Positions 17,660-26,106 of a stretch of DNA of 36,001 nucleotides are shown piece after piece. The stretch is from UHGV virus genome UHGV-0251319, one strand, 5' to 3'. The stretch is from a virus. The notes below the pieces were generated by a model. It was not told the DNA's origin. It worked only from the letters and a program-made list of their open reading frames with translations, and searched no databases. Position 1 is the stretch's first letter. Each line of letters begins with the position of its first letter. A program made the translations under genes and the position numbers.

Positions 17660-17845
17660 TCAATATTTGCCCTGTTCGTTTGCAGACGTTCGGGGCTCTT
17701 TTTCTACTATGCTTAATCTCTCTGGATAAACATTTTTATCAGCTGAAACATACGGATATTCTTCAAACAACTTTCGCATGACTTCCGCTTGTGTTTCTCC
17801 AATCACATATGTTTCTCTACTAGCTTCACCTACAGCTACATACAT
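17660..17845 (-). CDS. Hypothetical phage protein
   Basis: 61 aa ORF. Confidence 0.3.
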   Translation of the reverse strand: MYVAVGEASRETYVIGETQAEVMRKLFEEYPYVSADKNVYPERLSIVEKEPRTSANEQGKY

Positions 17846-18030
17846 TTTTTATCGCCTCCTTTTTTAGAGTATTGATACTTCGCTTCATCCCAGTTAAAAA
17901 ACCAATGGATAAAGAAAGGTGAACTTAGCGTTGCTAGTATTGGCATTGAAAAGTGATTTTTCAATAACACACCTAGCGCAATCATCACTAAAAATGCTCC
18001 TATCAGTCGAGCTTCACGTATCGCTTTCAT
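17836..18030 (-). CDS. Small 2-TM membrane protein
   Basis: 64 aa, strong RBS AGGAGG, two hydrophobic helices. Confidence 0.4.
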   Translation of the reverse strand: MKAIREARLIGAFLVMIALGVLLKNHFSMPILATLSSPFFIHWFFNWDEAKYQYSKKGGDKKCM

Positions 18031-18045
18031 GGTTAACCTCCTATG

Positions 18046-18123
18046 CTATTGTTTGCTTTTATAATTCTTTGCTATAATTAACTATCAGAAACTCCCTAAT
18101 AAAATAATTAATGAGGTGATTTT
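18046..18123 (+). promoter_or_regulatory. Promoter and RBS of the plus-strand moron
   Basis: TTGTTT -35 element, an 18-nt spacer, then an extended -10 TGCTATAAT. The RBS GAGGTGA lies 6 nt before the ATG. Confidence 0.45.
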
Positions 18124-18606
18124 ATGAAAAAATGTTTTTTTGTAACTCCAATTGGAGAGAAAAATTCTGACATTCGTAAACAATCTGACGAATTACTAGA
18201 TCAAATTCAATTTTGTTTTTCTGAAAATAAATTGGAATTCGAAATTATTCGTGCTGACTTAGAATTTCATAATCAACAGAACATAGAACGAATTCATTTT
18301 TGTATCAAAGAAGCAGATTTAATCCTTGCAGATCTATCTGGCAACAATCCGAACGTATACTATGAATTAGGGTATGCACGTGCTCTCTGTAAAGAAGTCA
18401 TTCAAATTAGAGACAGTAATACAGCTAAACTTCCTTTTGATGTTTCTGGCTACAACACCCCAACGTATGACTTATCAACAGCTGAATCTAGAAAAAACTT
18501 TAGAATTCTTCTGAAAAAAACAATTGAAAACATAAGTTTTGATACATCTACTATCCATATTGGCGGTGGTATTACTTTTGAAAAAGTAGACCCTACTGAT
18601 AATTAG
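18124..18606 (+). CDS. Nucleoside 2-deoxyribosyltransferase / DNPH1-like Rossmann-fold protein (moron)
   Basis: 160 aa. Motifs ADLILADLSG and NPNVYYELGYARALCKEVIQI match the NDT-family ADxxxAxLDG and D.GT.FE.GYA(Q)GKPVI motifs, including the catalytic Glu. Opposite orientation to all neighbouring genes. Confidence 0.55.
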   Translation: MKKCFFVTPIGEKNSDIRKQSDELLDQIQFCFSENKLEFEIIRADLEFHNQQNIERIHFCIKEADLILADLSGNNPNVYYELGYARALCKEVIQIRDSNTAKLPFDVSGYNTPTYDLSTAESRKNFRILLKKTIENISFDTSTIHIGGGITFEKVDPTDN

Positions 18607-18796
18607 AACCATCAAATAATCCTTTCCAGTAATACGTGCTAGCTAAAAATGTATAAATGTCTACATTTTTAGGTAAATCTTTAACGCCTAGATCTTCATA
18701 ATATTCAATTACATCATGAATCAAATCCAAACATTCGCTTGGTGAAACATTGTCTTCTTTCAATAATTGGATGATGTTTCTTTTTTTGTAATTCAT
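18593..18796 (-). CDS. Hypothetical phage protein
   Basis: 67 aa ORF whose 3' end converges on the NDT-like gene. Confidence 0.35.
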   Translation of the reverse strand: MNYKKRNIIQLLKEDNVSPSECLDLIHDVIEYYEDLGVKDLPKNVDIYTFLASTYYWKGLFDGSNYQ

Positions 18797-18807
18797 ATTT
18801 ATTCCTC

Positions 18808-18993
18808 CTATGCATGAATTCTATTTTGAATTTCTAAACCTCTTAAAAATTCAAGCTCTATTTCGATTTGAGCTGCTTTATTTTCCGTTAATTGTTCAGA
18901 TTGTCTGAGTGCTGCTCTATCATCTTGAAGCTGTTTACGTTCTTTTTTGATTCGATTAAGTATCCAAGCTTCTTGATCAATCGTATAAGCCAT
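18808..18993 (-). CDS. Hypothetical coiled-coil protein
   Basis: 61 aa ORF. Confidence 0.35.
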   Translation of the reverse strand: MAYTIDQEAWILNRIKKERKQLQDDRAALRQSEQLTENKAAQIEIELEFLRGLEIQNRIHA

Positions 18994-19003
18994 AATATTC
19001 TCC

Positions 19004-19729
19004 TTATATTACGTCGTTTAAGTCAAAACTCATTTGTCTTACAACTGTTTTTGTGGCTGTAGACGGCTCCCAGTCATTGATATACTCAATTACCATTGGA
19101 TAATGTTTTTCTCTTAATTGTGAGCGGGTACCCACACCTGTGATTTGCTTAATACCTGAATTAATATCTTTGTATAGCTTGCTACGCTGTTCCTTTGTGA
19201 TTTTTCCAAATCCTCTTGCCACTTCCGCTACTCGTTGATGAACTCGACGTGATAAGTAGCCATAATCATCTGCACCGATTTTTTGATTGTCTTTTAAGTC
19301 GGCTACTTCTTTTTCAATTACATCTACACGCTCATTTGTTTCTTCATTTGCTGATAAAGCAAGCATCGCCAATTCTCTTTGAGAGGTTGGAAGTTTAGGC
19401 TGTTGAATTTCTTTTTCCATTTGATTAAAAGCTTCAATATATTTCAATTTAAATTGCAAAGCTTTTTGACCTGTGAATCCCATTGCTAGTAGTGTGAATC
19501 CGTCACGGTTCATAATTACTTGGCGATAAGATTGTTTGTTTTGTGGATGAATGTAGGTGTCTTCGTAAAATAGGTCTGCCGAATTTTCGGCTACCCCTTG
19601 CTTCAATTCATCAATAGCTTCCAAAACATGCTTATGTTGTTTTTCAAATACTTCTGCAACTTGCAGACTACTTGTTACTGCTTGCTGATTTTTCATTATT
19701 ACTAAATTGTTCATTTTGTTTTTCGCCAT
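19004..19729 (-). CDS. Phage antirepressor (Rha/ORF6N N-terminal domain plus KilAC-like C-terminal domain)
   Basis: 241 aa. The N-terminus NLVIMKNQQAVTSSLQVAEVFEKQHKHVLEAIDEL is typical of the antirepressor ORF6N domain. Confidence 0.65.
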   Translation of the reverse strand: MAKNKMNNLVIMKNQQAVTSSLQVAEVFEKQHKHVLEAIDELKQGVAENSADLFYEDTYIHPQNKQSYRQVIMNRDGFTLLAMGFTGQKALQFKLKYIEAFNQMEKEIQQPKLPTSQRELAMLALSANEETNERVDVIEKEVADLKDNQKIGADDYGYLSRRVHQRVAEVARGFGKITKEQRSKLYKDINSGIKQITGVGTRSQLREKHYPMVIEYINDWEPSTATKTVVRQMSFDLNDVI

Positions 19730-19839
19730 CCTTTCCTTTAATAGTGTACGTATGTTTAATACCTGTTTTGCGTGTCATAACGTTACAATATGCTTGACCT
19801 AATAAATCAATATTTACTTGATCTGCCATTTTATTCACC

Positions 19840-20016
19840 TCACTTGATATTTAAGATTTTTTTGATTTTCTGAACTTGCTCTTCTGAACGTCTACGACCA
19901 TGAAGAATATCTGACAAGTAAGGGCTTGAAATCCCTAATTGTTTTGCTAACCAAGATTGGTTTTTGCCTGCACGAATTAGAGCTGCTCTTACGTCAATTG
20001 CTAAGTCTTGTGACAT
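19840..20016 (-). CDS. cro: Cro-like XRE-family HTH repressor (58 aa)
   Basis: Hand-translated MSQDLAIDVRAALIRAGKNQSWLAKQLGISSPYLSDILHGRRRSEEQVQKIKKILNIK. It is divergent from the CI-like gene. Confidence 0.6.
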   Translation of the reverse strand: MSQDLAIDVRAALIRAGKNQSWLAKQLGISSPYLSDILHGRRRSEEQVQKIKKILNIK

Positions 20017-20327
20017 ATTTATTACTCACTCCCTTTTATTTTTAATTTGTAAGCTAAAAAATTAGCTAATTCAATAAATTTTATTGACTTACTCTACAAT
20101 ATTTTGTAGAATAAGTGCATAGCTAAATAAGACTTTTTTAAGCCTAGTAAAACAACACTTTTTACCGTTCCCCAACGATTTTTTAGTTTGTTTCTCGGTT
20201 TTATTTGCGAACTTATTAGCTAATATTTTAGCTTACGGACATAGTATATTAAAAAGTTTTGTAGATGTCAACTGATTTTCTACGTTTTTTTATAGAAATA
20301 TCCGAAGCTTATGGAGGAAAGCTTGAT
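20017..20327. promoter_or_regulatory. Genetic-switch region: divergent promoters and operator repeats with core TTAGCTAA
   Basis: AGCTAAAAAATTAGCTAAT (20046..20066), ATAGCTAAAT (20119..), ATTAGCTAATATTTTAGCTTAC (20218..20239). Candidate -35 TTGACT, 17-nt spacer, -10 TAGAAT at about 20086..20115. Confidence 0.5.
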
Positions 20328-20651
20328 ATGACTGTATTTGATAGAGTTAAAAAATTAGCAGATAGTCAAAAAATATCTATTGTGGAACTTGAAGAAAAGT
20401 TAAATTTTAGTCGAAATTCATTGTATGCTTGGAAAAAAAGCAAGCCTTCTATCGATAAATTAGAAGCTGTCGCAAATTATTTTGGAGTTTCAACGGATTA
20501 TTTATTGGGTCGTGAAATCTCTAATAAACCAAAGCAATCTGATGACTTGGATGAAATTTTAGACAATGTGATGAGTTTTGATGGTGAGCCTTTGGATGAT
20601 CATGATCGGGAAGTTATTCGTGCTTACTTAAAAGGAAGATTCGGAAAATAA
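20265..20651 (+). CDS. CI-like XRE-family repressor. The probable true start is 20328 (MTVFDRVKKL...), which has a GGAGGAAAG RBS.
   Basis: HTH VFDRVKKLADSQKISIVELEEKLNFSRNSLYAWKK. First gene of the plus-strand lysogeny operon. Confidence 0.7.
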   Translation: MSTDFLRFFIEISEAYGGKLDMTVFDRVKKLADSQKISIVELEEKLNFSRNSLYAWKKSKPSIDKLEAVANYFGVSTDYLLGREISNKPKQSDDLDEILDNVMSFDGEPLDDHDREVIRAYLKGRFGK

Positions 20652-20659
20652 TTTAAAGG

Positions 20660-21013
20660 TTGTGCTATATGAAAAGTATCAAAGAGTTGGTGGAAGAATA
20701 TAATGTGGAGTTAGTTTTTGCTCCAATAAATAAGCGCGCGTGTTACGAGTCGGTCAAAAGGATAATTTTCGTAAACCAAAATTTATCTATCGAAGAACAA
20801 GAAGAAGCTATATTCCATGAGTTTAAACATGTGGTTTCCCATTCGGATTACATGGAGTTATATAAAATCCCTTCTTTTAGAAATAAAATGGAAGCTGAGG
20901 CAGATCATCATATGTTTAAATGCCTTATTGAAAAAAATGATGGACAGTTTAATTATTCTAATGTAATTACACACTACAATTTAAAGATGGGACAGGAAAA
21001 TTATTTAAAATAA
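20660..21013 (+). CDS. immA: ImmA/IrrE-family metallopeptidase (HEXXH). The ORF call begins at a TTG; the probable true start is the ATG at 20669.
   Basis: [12 protein letters not shown]xxH motif. It lies directly downstream of the repressor, as in the ImmR/ImmA pair. Confidence 0.55.
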   Translation: MCYMKSIKELVEEYNVELVFAPINKRACYESVKRIIFVNQNLSIEEQEEAIFHEFKHVVSHSDYMELYKIPSFRNKMEAEADHHMFKCLIEKNDGQFNYSNVITHYNLKMGQENYLK

Positions 21014-21047
21014 AAAAGCTTGCTATTTAGAGAGTGAGAGAATTTCA

Positions 21048-21776
21048 TTGAAGATAAATCAAAAAATCTATAATTACTCTATTGTTGTTTTAGCATTAAT
21101 TTCAATCGCTTTAGTTATTTTTGATTTTTCAAATGTCATTAATATTAGTAATCCACCGTTTAACATTATTGATAATTTTATCTTAATCACATTTACAATT
21201 GACTACATTGTTAGATTCATTATTTCAAAAAATAAAATCAAATTTTTTAAAGAAAATATTTTTGATCTGATTGCGATAATTCCTTTTGATGCTATTTTTT
21301 CTTTCTTTAGAGTCGCTAGGTTGTTTCGTATAGCTAAAATAGCTAGACTTGCAAAGCTAACAAGAGCGATAGGTGTGGTTGGGAAATTAACAAGAAACAC
21401 TAAATCATTTTTAAATACTAATGGATTTTTAAACGTAATTTATTTAAGTTCAGTTCTTATTGTTATTTCAGCAATGATTTACTCATATGCAGAAAACGTC
21501 CCGTACATTGATGCATTTTGGTGGGCTTTAGTCACCACAACAACTGTTGGTTATGGCGATATTTCACCAACTACGCCATTAGGTAGAGTTGCAGCAATCA
21601 TTTTAATGATTTTAGGAATTGGATTTATTGGTATGCTTACTTCGACTATTACAGAATATTTTAATAAAAGTAAGAATGAAGAAAATGAATCAGATGATAA
21701 AATTGAATTACTTATTAATAAAATTGATCAATTAGAAAGTACGATTGAACAACTAAAAGAGGAAATAAAAAAATAA
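21048..21776 (+). CDS. Voltage-gated K+ channel, 6TM (Kv-like), 242 aa
   Basis: S4 helix [19 protein letters not shown] with a positive charge at every third position. Selectivity filter [10 protein letters not shown]3-like [11 protein letters not shown]-terminal coiled coil. Confidence 0.8.
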   Translation: MKINQKIYNYSIVVLALISIALVIFDFSNVINISNPPFNIIDNFILITFTIDYIVRFIISKNKIKFFKENIFDLIAIIPFDAIFSFFRVARLFRIAKIARLAKLTRAIGVVGKLTRNTKSFLNTNGFLNVIYLSSVLIVISAMIYSYAENVPYIDAFWWALVTTTTVGYGDISPTTPLGRVAAIILMILGIGFIGMLTSTITEYFNKSKNEENESDDKIELLINKIDQLESTIEQLKEEIKK

Positions 21777-21870
21777 CGCACCCTCCGACCAAGAAGTTGT
21801 GCGTTAAAAATAGAACCAAAATAGGCTTATTTTGTTACGCCTATTTTACCAAAAATAATGAGGTGAAACA

Positions 21871-23238
21871 ATGGCAAATGAAATAAAACAAGTAGCGTTA
21901 TACATACGTGTGTCTACAGATCAACAAGCTAAACATGGTGATAGTTTGGATGAACAACAACACACTTTAAATGAATACGTAAGACAACAAGGAAACATGA
22001 GAGTATTCAAAACTTATATAGATGATGGCATTTCAGGTCAGAAACTATATCGTGATGAATTCCAAAAATTATTAGATGATGTTAAAAAAGGAAGAATCGA
22101 TACGATCTTATTTACAAAATTAGATAGATGGTTTAGAAATTTACGTCATTATTTAAATATTCAAGAAATACTAGACAAAAACAATGTTACTTGGTTAGCC
22201 GTTACACAACCTTTCTTTAACACCGAAACAGCAATGGGCCGTTCATTTGTAAATCAATCAATGGGTTTTGCTGAGCTTGAAGCACAGATGACTTCCGAAA
22301 GAATTCGTGCCGTTTTCGATAATAAAATACGAAAAGGTGAAGTTGTTAGTGGAAAAGTACCGCTTGGCTACGATATCAAAGACAAACATCTTGTTCCGAA
22401 TGAAAAAGCTGAAATAGTAAAAGAAATTTTCCAATACTATTTAGAAACTGGCAGCATGCGTGCCACCGTTAGACATTTAGAAAATCATTTCAGCATGACA
22501 AGAGATTATCAAAGTGTTCGGCAAATGCTTACTAATAGAAAATATATTGGTGAATTACGAGATAATAAAAATTTTTGTGAACCTATTGTTGATCGTGACG
22601 TATTCGAAAGAGTACAATTGCAACTTTCAAAAAATATTCGTATGAATAAAAAACGCGACTATATGTTTACTGGATTGTTAGTTTGTAGTGAATGTGGTTG
22701 TAATTATTCCGCCACGGCGGTTATTAGCCGATATGTACGCAAAGACGGTACGACAAACCCGAATGAAAGACATTTATATAGATGCACCAAAAACCGTAAT
22801 AACGTAAAAAAATGTAGTAATAAAAAAGGCATATATGAAACTACACTAGAAAATTTCCTTCTGGAAAATATTGAAAAACAAGCAGAAGAATTGTCTGTAA
22901 GAATGCAAAAAGAACCCGCAGTAAAAAAAACTAAGAATATTAACGATAAAATAAAAAAGAAAATAGATCGACTAAAAAAAGCTTATCTAAATGATGTTAT
23001 AACATTAGAGGAATATAAAGAAGATAGAGAAGAATTAGAAGCACTTTTAATTCCTGAACAAGATAATAAAATTGCTAAAATTGATTTGAGTTCACTGCAT
23101 AACTACTCTACTGCTGAATTTAGAGAAGGATATAAACAGCTAACTATTTCGGAAAAAAGTTCTTTATGGCGGCAAGTGATTAAAAATATTGTAGTTTATC
23201 CAGATGGAAATTTGAAAATAAATTTTTTAGGATATTGA
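21871..23238 (+). CDS. int: Large serine recombinase (integrase)
   Basis: Resolvase-type catalytic region YIRVSTDQQ. Zinc-ribbon and coiled-coil C-terminal half (CSECGC...YRCTK). 455 aa. Confidence 0.85.
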   Translation: MANEIKQVALYIRVSTDQQAKHGDSLDEQQHTLNEYVRQQGNMRVFKTYIDDGISGQKLYRDEFQKLLDDVKKGRIDTILFTKLDRWFRNLRHYLNIQEILDKNNVTWLAVTQPFFNTETAMGRSFVNQSMGFAELEAQMTSERIRAVFDNKIRKGEVVSGKVPLGYDIKDKHLVPNEKAEIVKEIFQYYLETGSMRATVRHLENHFSMTRDYQSVRQMLTNRKYIGELRDNKNFCEPIVDRDVFERVQLQLSKNIRMNKKRDYMFTGLLVCSECGCNYSATAVISRYVRKDGTTNPNERHLYRCTKNRNNVKKCSNKKGIYETTLENFLLENIEKQAEELSVRMQKEPAVKKTKNINDKIKKKIDRLKKAYLNDVITLEEYKEDREELEALLIPEQDNKIAKIDLSSLHNYSTAEFREGYKQLTISEKSSLWRQVIKNIVVYPDGNLKINFLGY

Positions 23239-23240
23239 TT

Positions 23241-23295
23241 TTATTTGCACTAACAAATACTAACCAGATGGATGATGTATTTTAGTGCAAATAAA
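23241..23295. other. Candidate attP core (imperfect inverted repeat immediately 3' of the integrase gene)
   Basis: TTATTTGCACTAA ... TTAGTGCAAATAA, 13-bp perfect arms extended by AAATAC/GTATTT, flanking an about 17-nt centre TAACCAGATGGATGATG. Confidence 0.45.
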
Positions 23296-23296
23296 A

Positions 23297-23335
23297 AAAG
23301 CTCTACTCCCCATGATTGAGAAGTAGAGCTTTTAC
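23297..23335 (-). terminator. Rho-independent terminator after the endolysin gene
   Basis: Stem AGCTCTAC/GTAGAGCT with a U-run on the minus strand. Confidence 0.55.
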
Positions 23336-23343
23336 ATTTTTAA

Positions 23344-24585
23344 TTAATAATTTAAGCTTTGACCAGGATAAATCAAGTTAGGATTAGTTAATCCGTTCCG
23401 TTGTGCTAAAGCTTGGTATGTCGTGCCAAGTTTAGCCGCAATGCTAGATAAATTATCACCGTATTGAACTGTGTAAACATTACTTGTTGCCGATCCATTT
23501 ACCTTCAAAACTTGACCAGGATAGATTAGATTTGGATTGGCCAATCCATTTAATGCCGCTAACGTTTGATAGTCTGTGCCATGTTGGTAAGCAATACTTG
23601 ATAATGTTTCGCCATGTTGAACTACGTGTGTTGTTTCTGGTTGCTTATCAGGGACAACTGTTGCATCTGGTAATAGTTCAATATCACCTTTGCTAATCCA
23701 TGACAAAATGCCTTCTAGCAACACTCTGCTTCCAGTTACTTCTTGTACTTTATAGCTGTTTCCTTTTACCCAATCTGGAATAGCTTCGCCAGTTGCCCAA
23801 GCATCTACATTAAATTTTACTTTGACGATATCACCAACTTTTACTGCAGAAGTAGGTGTTTTTTCAACTTCTTTACCTTCTTCAATAGCTGGTGTGTTTG
23901 TTTCTGGTTGGTTATTTTTTGTATAACCATTATCGGTAATACCTGTTAAATCAACGTTACCATCTAGCCCTCCTGCAACGTAGGTTGACGTGAACTGAAA
24001 AATACCGATATTTTCAAATGAAGGAAAATAATTGTAATTTGGATAAGGTGTCACTACATAATCTGGATATTCTGCCATCCATAATTGATACTTCTTTGCA
24101 ATTCGTGATAGATCATAAGCTGAAGTAAGATACCCTTTGTATCCGTAAAGCATCGGTGTATATCCAGCCTCTTTGATATAGTCTAACGCCCATAGCGTTA
24201 CATCCGTCGATTGAACGCCATCTTCCGCATCTAAGGCGACAATTGATCCCTTTGGTGTTTGTACTTTAGGTAAAAAGTAATCTAATACTTGCTTTGCATT
24301 TTCGTAGGTAAGGACATTTTGCCACCATACATACGTATGCGCGCGTTTACCTTGAGCAATCGTACTAGCTACTTGACTAGAATAAGTAACTTGATCATAA
24401 ATTCCATAGTTATTTTGCCCACCAATTTGTGAAATTGAGAATTTATCATGTGAATAACCAAATGTTGCTTGATATCCATTCCAAATAGACAAATCAACGC
24501 CTTGGTCTCCTTTTGCAGCAAATGTACTAACTGGCGCTAAAAAAAACAGGCCTACCAATAATGTTACTAATAGTTTCTTTTTCAT
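23344..24585 (-). CDS. Endolysin: N-terminal signal peptide, GH25 muramidase, SH3-like domain, two LysM domains
   Basis: MKKKLLVTLLVGLFFLAPVSTFA signal-like N-terminus. The region around GVDLSIWNG resembles the GH25 N-terminal region. Two C-terminal LysM repeats (YTVQYGDNLSSIAAKLG...LIYPGQ). Confidence 0.8.
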   Translation of the reverse strand: MKKKLLVTLLVGLFFLAPVSTFAAKGDQGVDLSIWNGYQATFGYSHDKFSISQIGGQNNYGIYDQVTYSSQVASTIAQGKRAHTYVWWQNVLTYENAKQVLDYFLPKVQTPKGSIVALDAEDGVQSTDVTLWALDYIKEAGYTPMLYGYKGYLTSAYDLSRIAKKYQLWMAEYPDYVVTPYPNYNYFPSFENIGIFQFTSTYVAGGLDGNVDLTGITDNGYTKNNQPETNTPAIEEGKEVEKTPTSAVKVGDIVKVKFNVDAWATGEAIPDWVKGNSYKVQEVTGSRVLLEGILSWISKGDIELLPDATVVPDKQPETTHVVQHGETLSSIAYQHGTDYQTLAALNGLANPNLIYPGQVLKVNGSATSNVYTVQYGDNLSSIAAKLGTTYQALAQRNGLTNPNLIYPGQSLNY

Positions 24586-24819
24586 CTATTTGTCTCCTTT
24601 TCTATCTGATAATCCAGGTGTTGTATGGTCTGTCACAATTCCTAAAATAGTTAATACAACAAACACTGCATTGATAACATCTAGCAATTGCTGATTAATC
24701 ACATCAATTTGAAATTTATACCCAAAAGGAACTGCAACTACTTGAATAAGTAACAAAACTGCAGGAATAAGAGACAACCAGAATTGTTTATTTTTTATTC
24801 TTGACTTCCAATCAATCAT
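24586..24819 (-). CDS. Holin (phi-LC3-family-like, 2 TM). The start is taken at the internal Met MIDWKSRIKNKQFWLSL.
   Basis: N-terminus typical of phi LC3-type holins. Two TM segments. It lies immediately upstream of the lysin. Confidence 0.65.
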   Translation of the reverse strand: MIDWKSRIKNKQFWLSLIPAVLLLIQVVAVPFGYKFQIDVINQQLLDVINAVFVVLTILGIVTDHTTPGLSDRKGDK

Positions 24820-25033
24820 TTTTATTTCCTCCAATTCCTCGAAAGAGGGTTTTATTTTGTTCTTCCAATCGACTAATGCGCACCTCATGGTTATTTAATC
24901 GGTCAACAGCTTGTTTTAGTTCTTTCATGCTATCCTCTAATTGAGAGAAGACATGATAGAATTTCATTAATGCGAAGATAATTCCGCCTAAAAATGTAAT
25001 CAGCGCTAACCATTGTTCTAGTGTTAAGTTCAT
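24812..25033 (-). CDS. XhlA-like membrane/coiled-coil lysis-associated protein
   Basis: 73 aa with one TM plus a coiled coil. Its position between XkdX and the holin mirrors the PBSX xkdX-xhlA-xhlB-xlyA order. Confidence 0.45.
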   Translation of the reverse strand: MNLTLEQWLALITFLGGIIFALMKFYHVFSQLEDSMKELKQAVDRLNNHEVRISRLEEQNKTLFRGIGGNKND

Positions 25034-25067
25034 CCTGCACCTACTTTCTACTTACAAATAAAACCGC

Positions 25068-25205
25068 CTAGCTTTCGCTAAACGGTTTTCCTATCATTTT
25101 AGTAAATTCCTCTTCTGTAATACAACTAGGTACAAATTCTGCGACCTGTTCAGGAGTAAACAGCCCCCAGTCAAACATTAACTTAATGTCATCGTATGAA
25201 TACAT
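25068..25205 (-). CDS. XkdX-family small phage protein (45 aa)
   Basis: Hand-translated MYSYDDIKLMFDWGLFTPEQVAEFVPSCITEEEFTKMIGKPFSES. It fits the XkdX consensus, and the synteny fits. Confidence 0.55.
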   Translation of the reverse strand: MYSYDDIKLMFDWGLFTPEQVAEFVPSCITEEEFTKMIGKPFSES

Positions 25206-25579
25206 TATTTTGCACCTCCGATTTGTTCTTTAATCGCATCAATTTCTTTAGTATTTTGAAGCGAAGTAAGCATGGTCTTTGAATTGATTTGAGCTAACGA
25301 TTCTGCTTTAGCAGCTAGTTTTTCATTTGCTTGTTTTAAAACAGCGTTATCCGCTTCTAATACTGCTGAAAGGTTTTCTAACAGATTTAATTTCTTCGAA
25401 TAATCTTGTGTGACTGCTTCTTCCCATTTTTGTTCTGAAAAATTAAAGAATTGTGATTGTTCATTGTCCAAAGCTTCAAGCGGTTTAATCTCAACAAAAG
25501 GTAAAGATGTTGGAAAATTATCCTCTACTTCGTTTTTTTCAAAACCCATTGGGTACAATACTTTGTATACTACTTTCAT
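25205..25579 (-). CDS. XkdW-like / hypothetical tail-associated protein
   Basis: 124 aa ORF upstream of XkdX. Confidence 0.35.
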   Translation of the reverse strand: MKVVYKVLYPMGFEKNEVEDNFPTSLPFVEIKPLEALDNEQSQFFNFSEQKWEEAVTQDYSKKLNLLENLSAVLEADNAVLKQANEKLAAKAESLAQINSKTMLTSLQNTKEIDAIKEQIGGAK

Positions 25580-25593
25580 TTTATTTTCCTCCT

Positions 25594-26106
25594 TTAATAT
25601 GGATTTTTAGCCATCCAACAACTTGAAATAGTAATCCATGCTCCTTTTGCGACACTATCTTTACATACAATATTTGAGTTATCTGCTGTGTTCATGTATA
25701 ACAAGCACATTTTGTCATCGCTGGTTTTGCCATACATTCGAACCGCTTCAATCGGATATGCCCATGTTGGAATGTTGAACCACACCGCCTGGTTATCTTT
25801 TAAAGCAGATAATTGGAATGATCCTGTGAGATATACCAGATCTCCCCGTCGGTATAATTTTAGAGAACCACCTGACATCACAGAAGCGTTGTTATCTTTA
25901 TCTACCATTGCATAATCTGCTTTAGCATTTGTAAGGACTGGCTCTTTTCCTTTTACTTGAATTCCATCTTGAAAATTTTTAGTACCTAGAATAGTTTCAT
26001 TTCCAACAGCCTTTACTAATTTTCCCTCAATACCATCAATAGCATCTGCGTGTGTTTTCATGTACTTATTGACACCATTTTCTTTTAGCTGAACAATATC
26101 AGGCAT
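25594..26106 (-). CDS. Tail fibre / receptor-binding protein candidate
   Basis: 170 aa. Its N-terminus MPDIVQLKENGV is shared with the neighbouring fibre paralog MPDLYVVKKDGV. Confidence 0.45.
   Translation of the reverse strand: MPDIVQLKENGVNKYMKTHADAIDGIEGKLVKAVGNETILGTKNFQDGIQVKGKEPVLTNAKADYAMVDKDNNASVMSGGSLKLYRRGDLVYLTGSFQLSALKDNQAVWFNIPTWAYPIEAVRMYGKTSDDKMCLLYMNTADNSNIVCKDSVAKGAWITISSCWMAKNPY

Noticed and set aside
21048-21776. K+ channel as an incidental host gene captured in the window
   Set aside because: It is bracketed by phage immA and the integrase, lies upstream of attP, and is on the same strand and in the same operon as the repressor. The whole window is phage, with no host flank.
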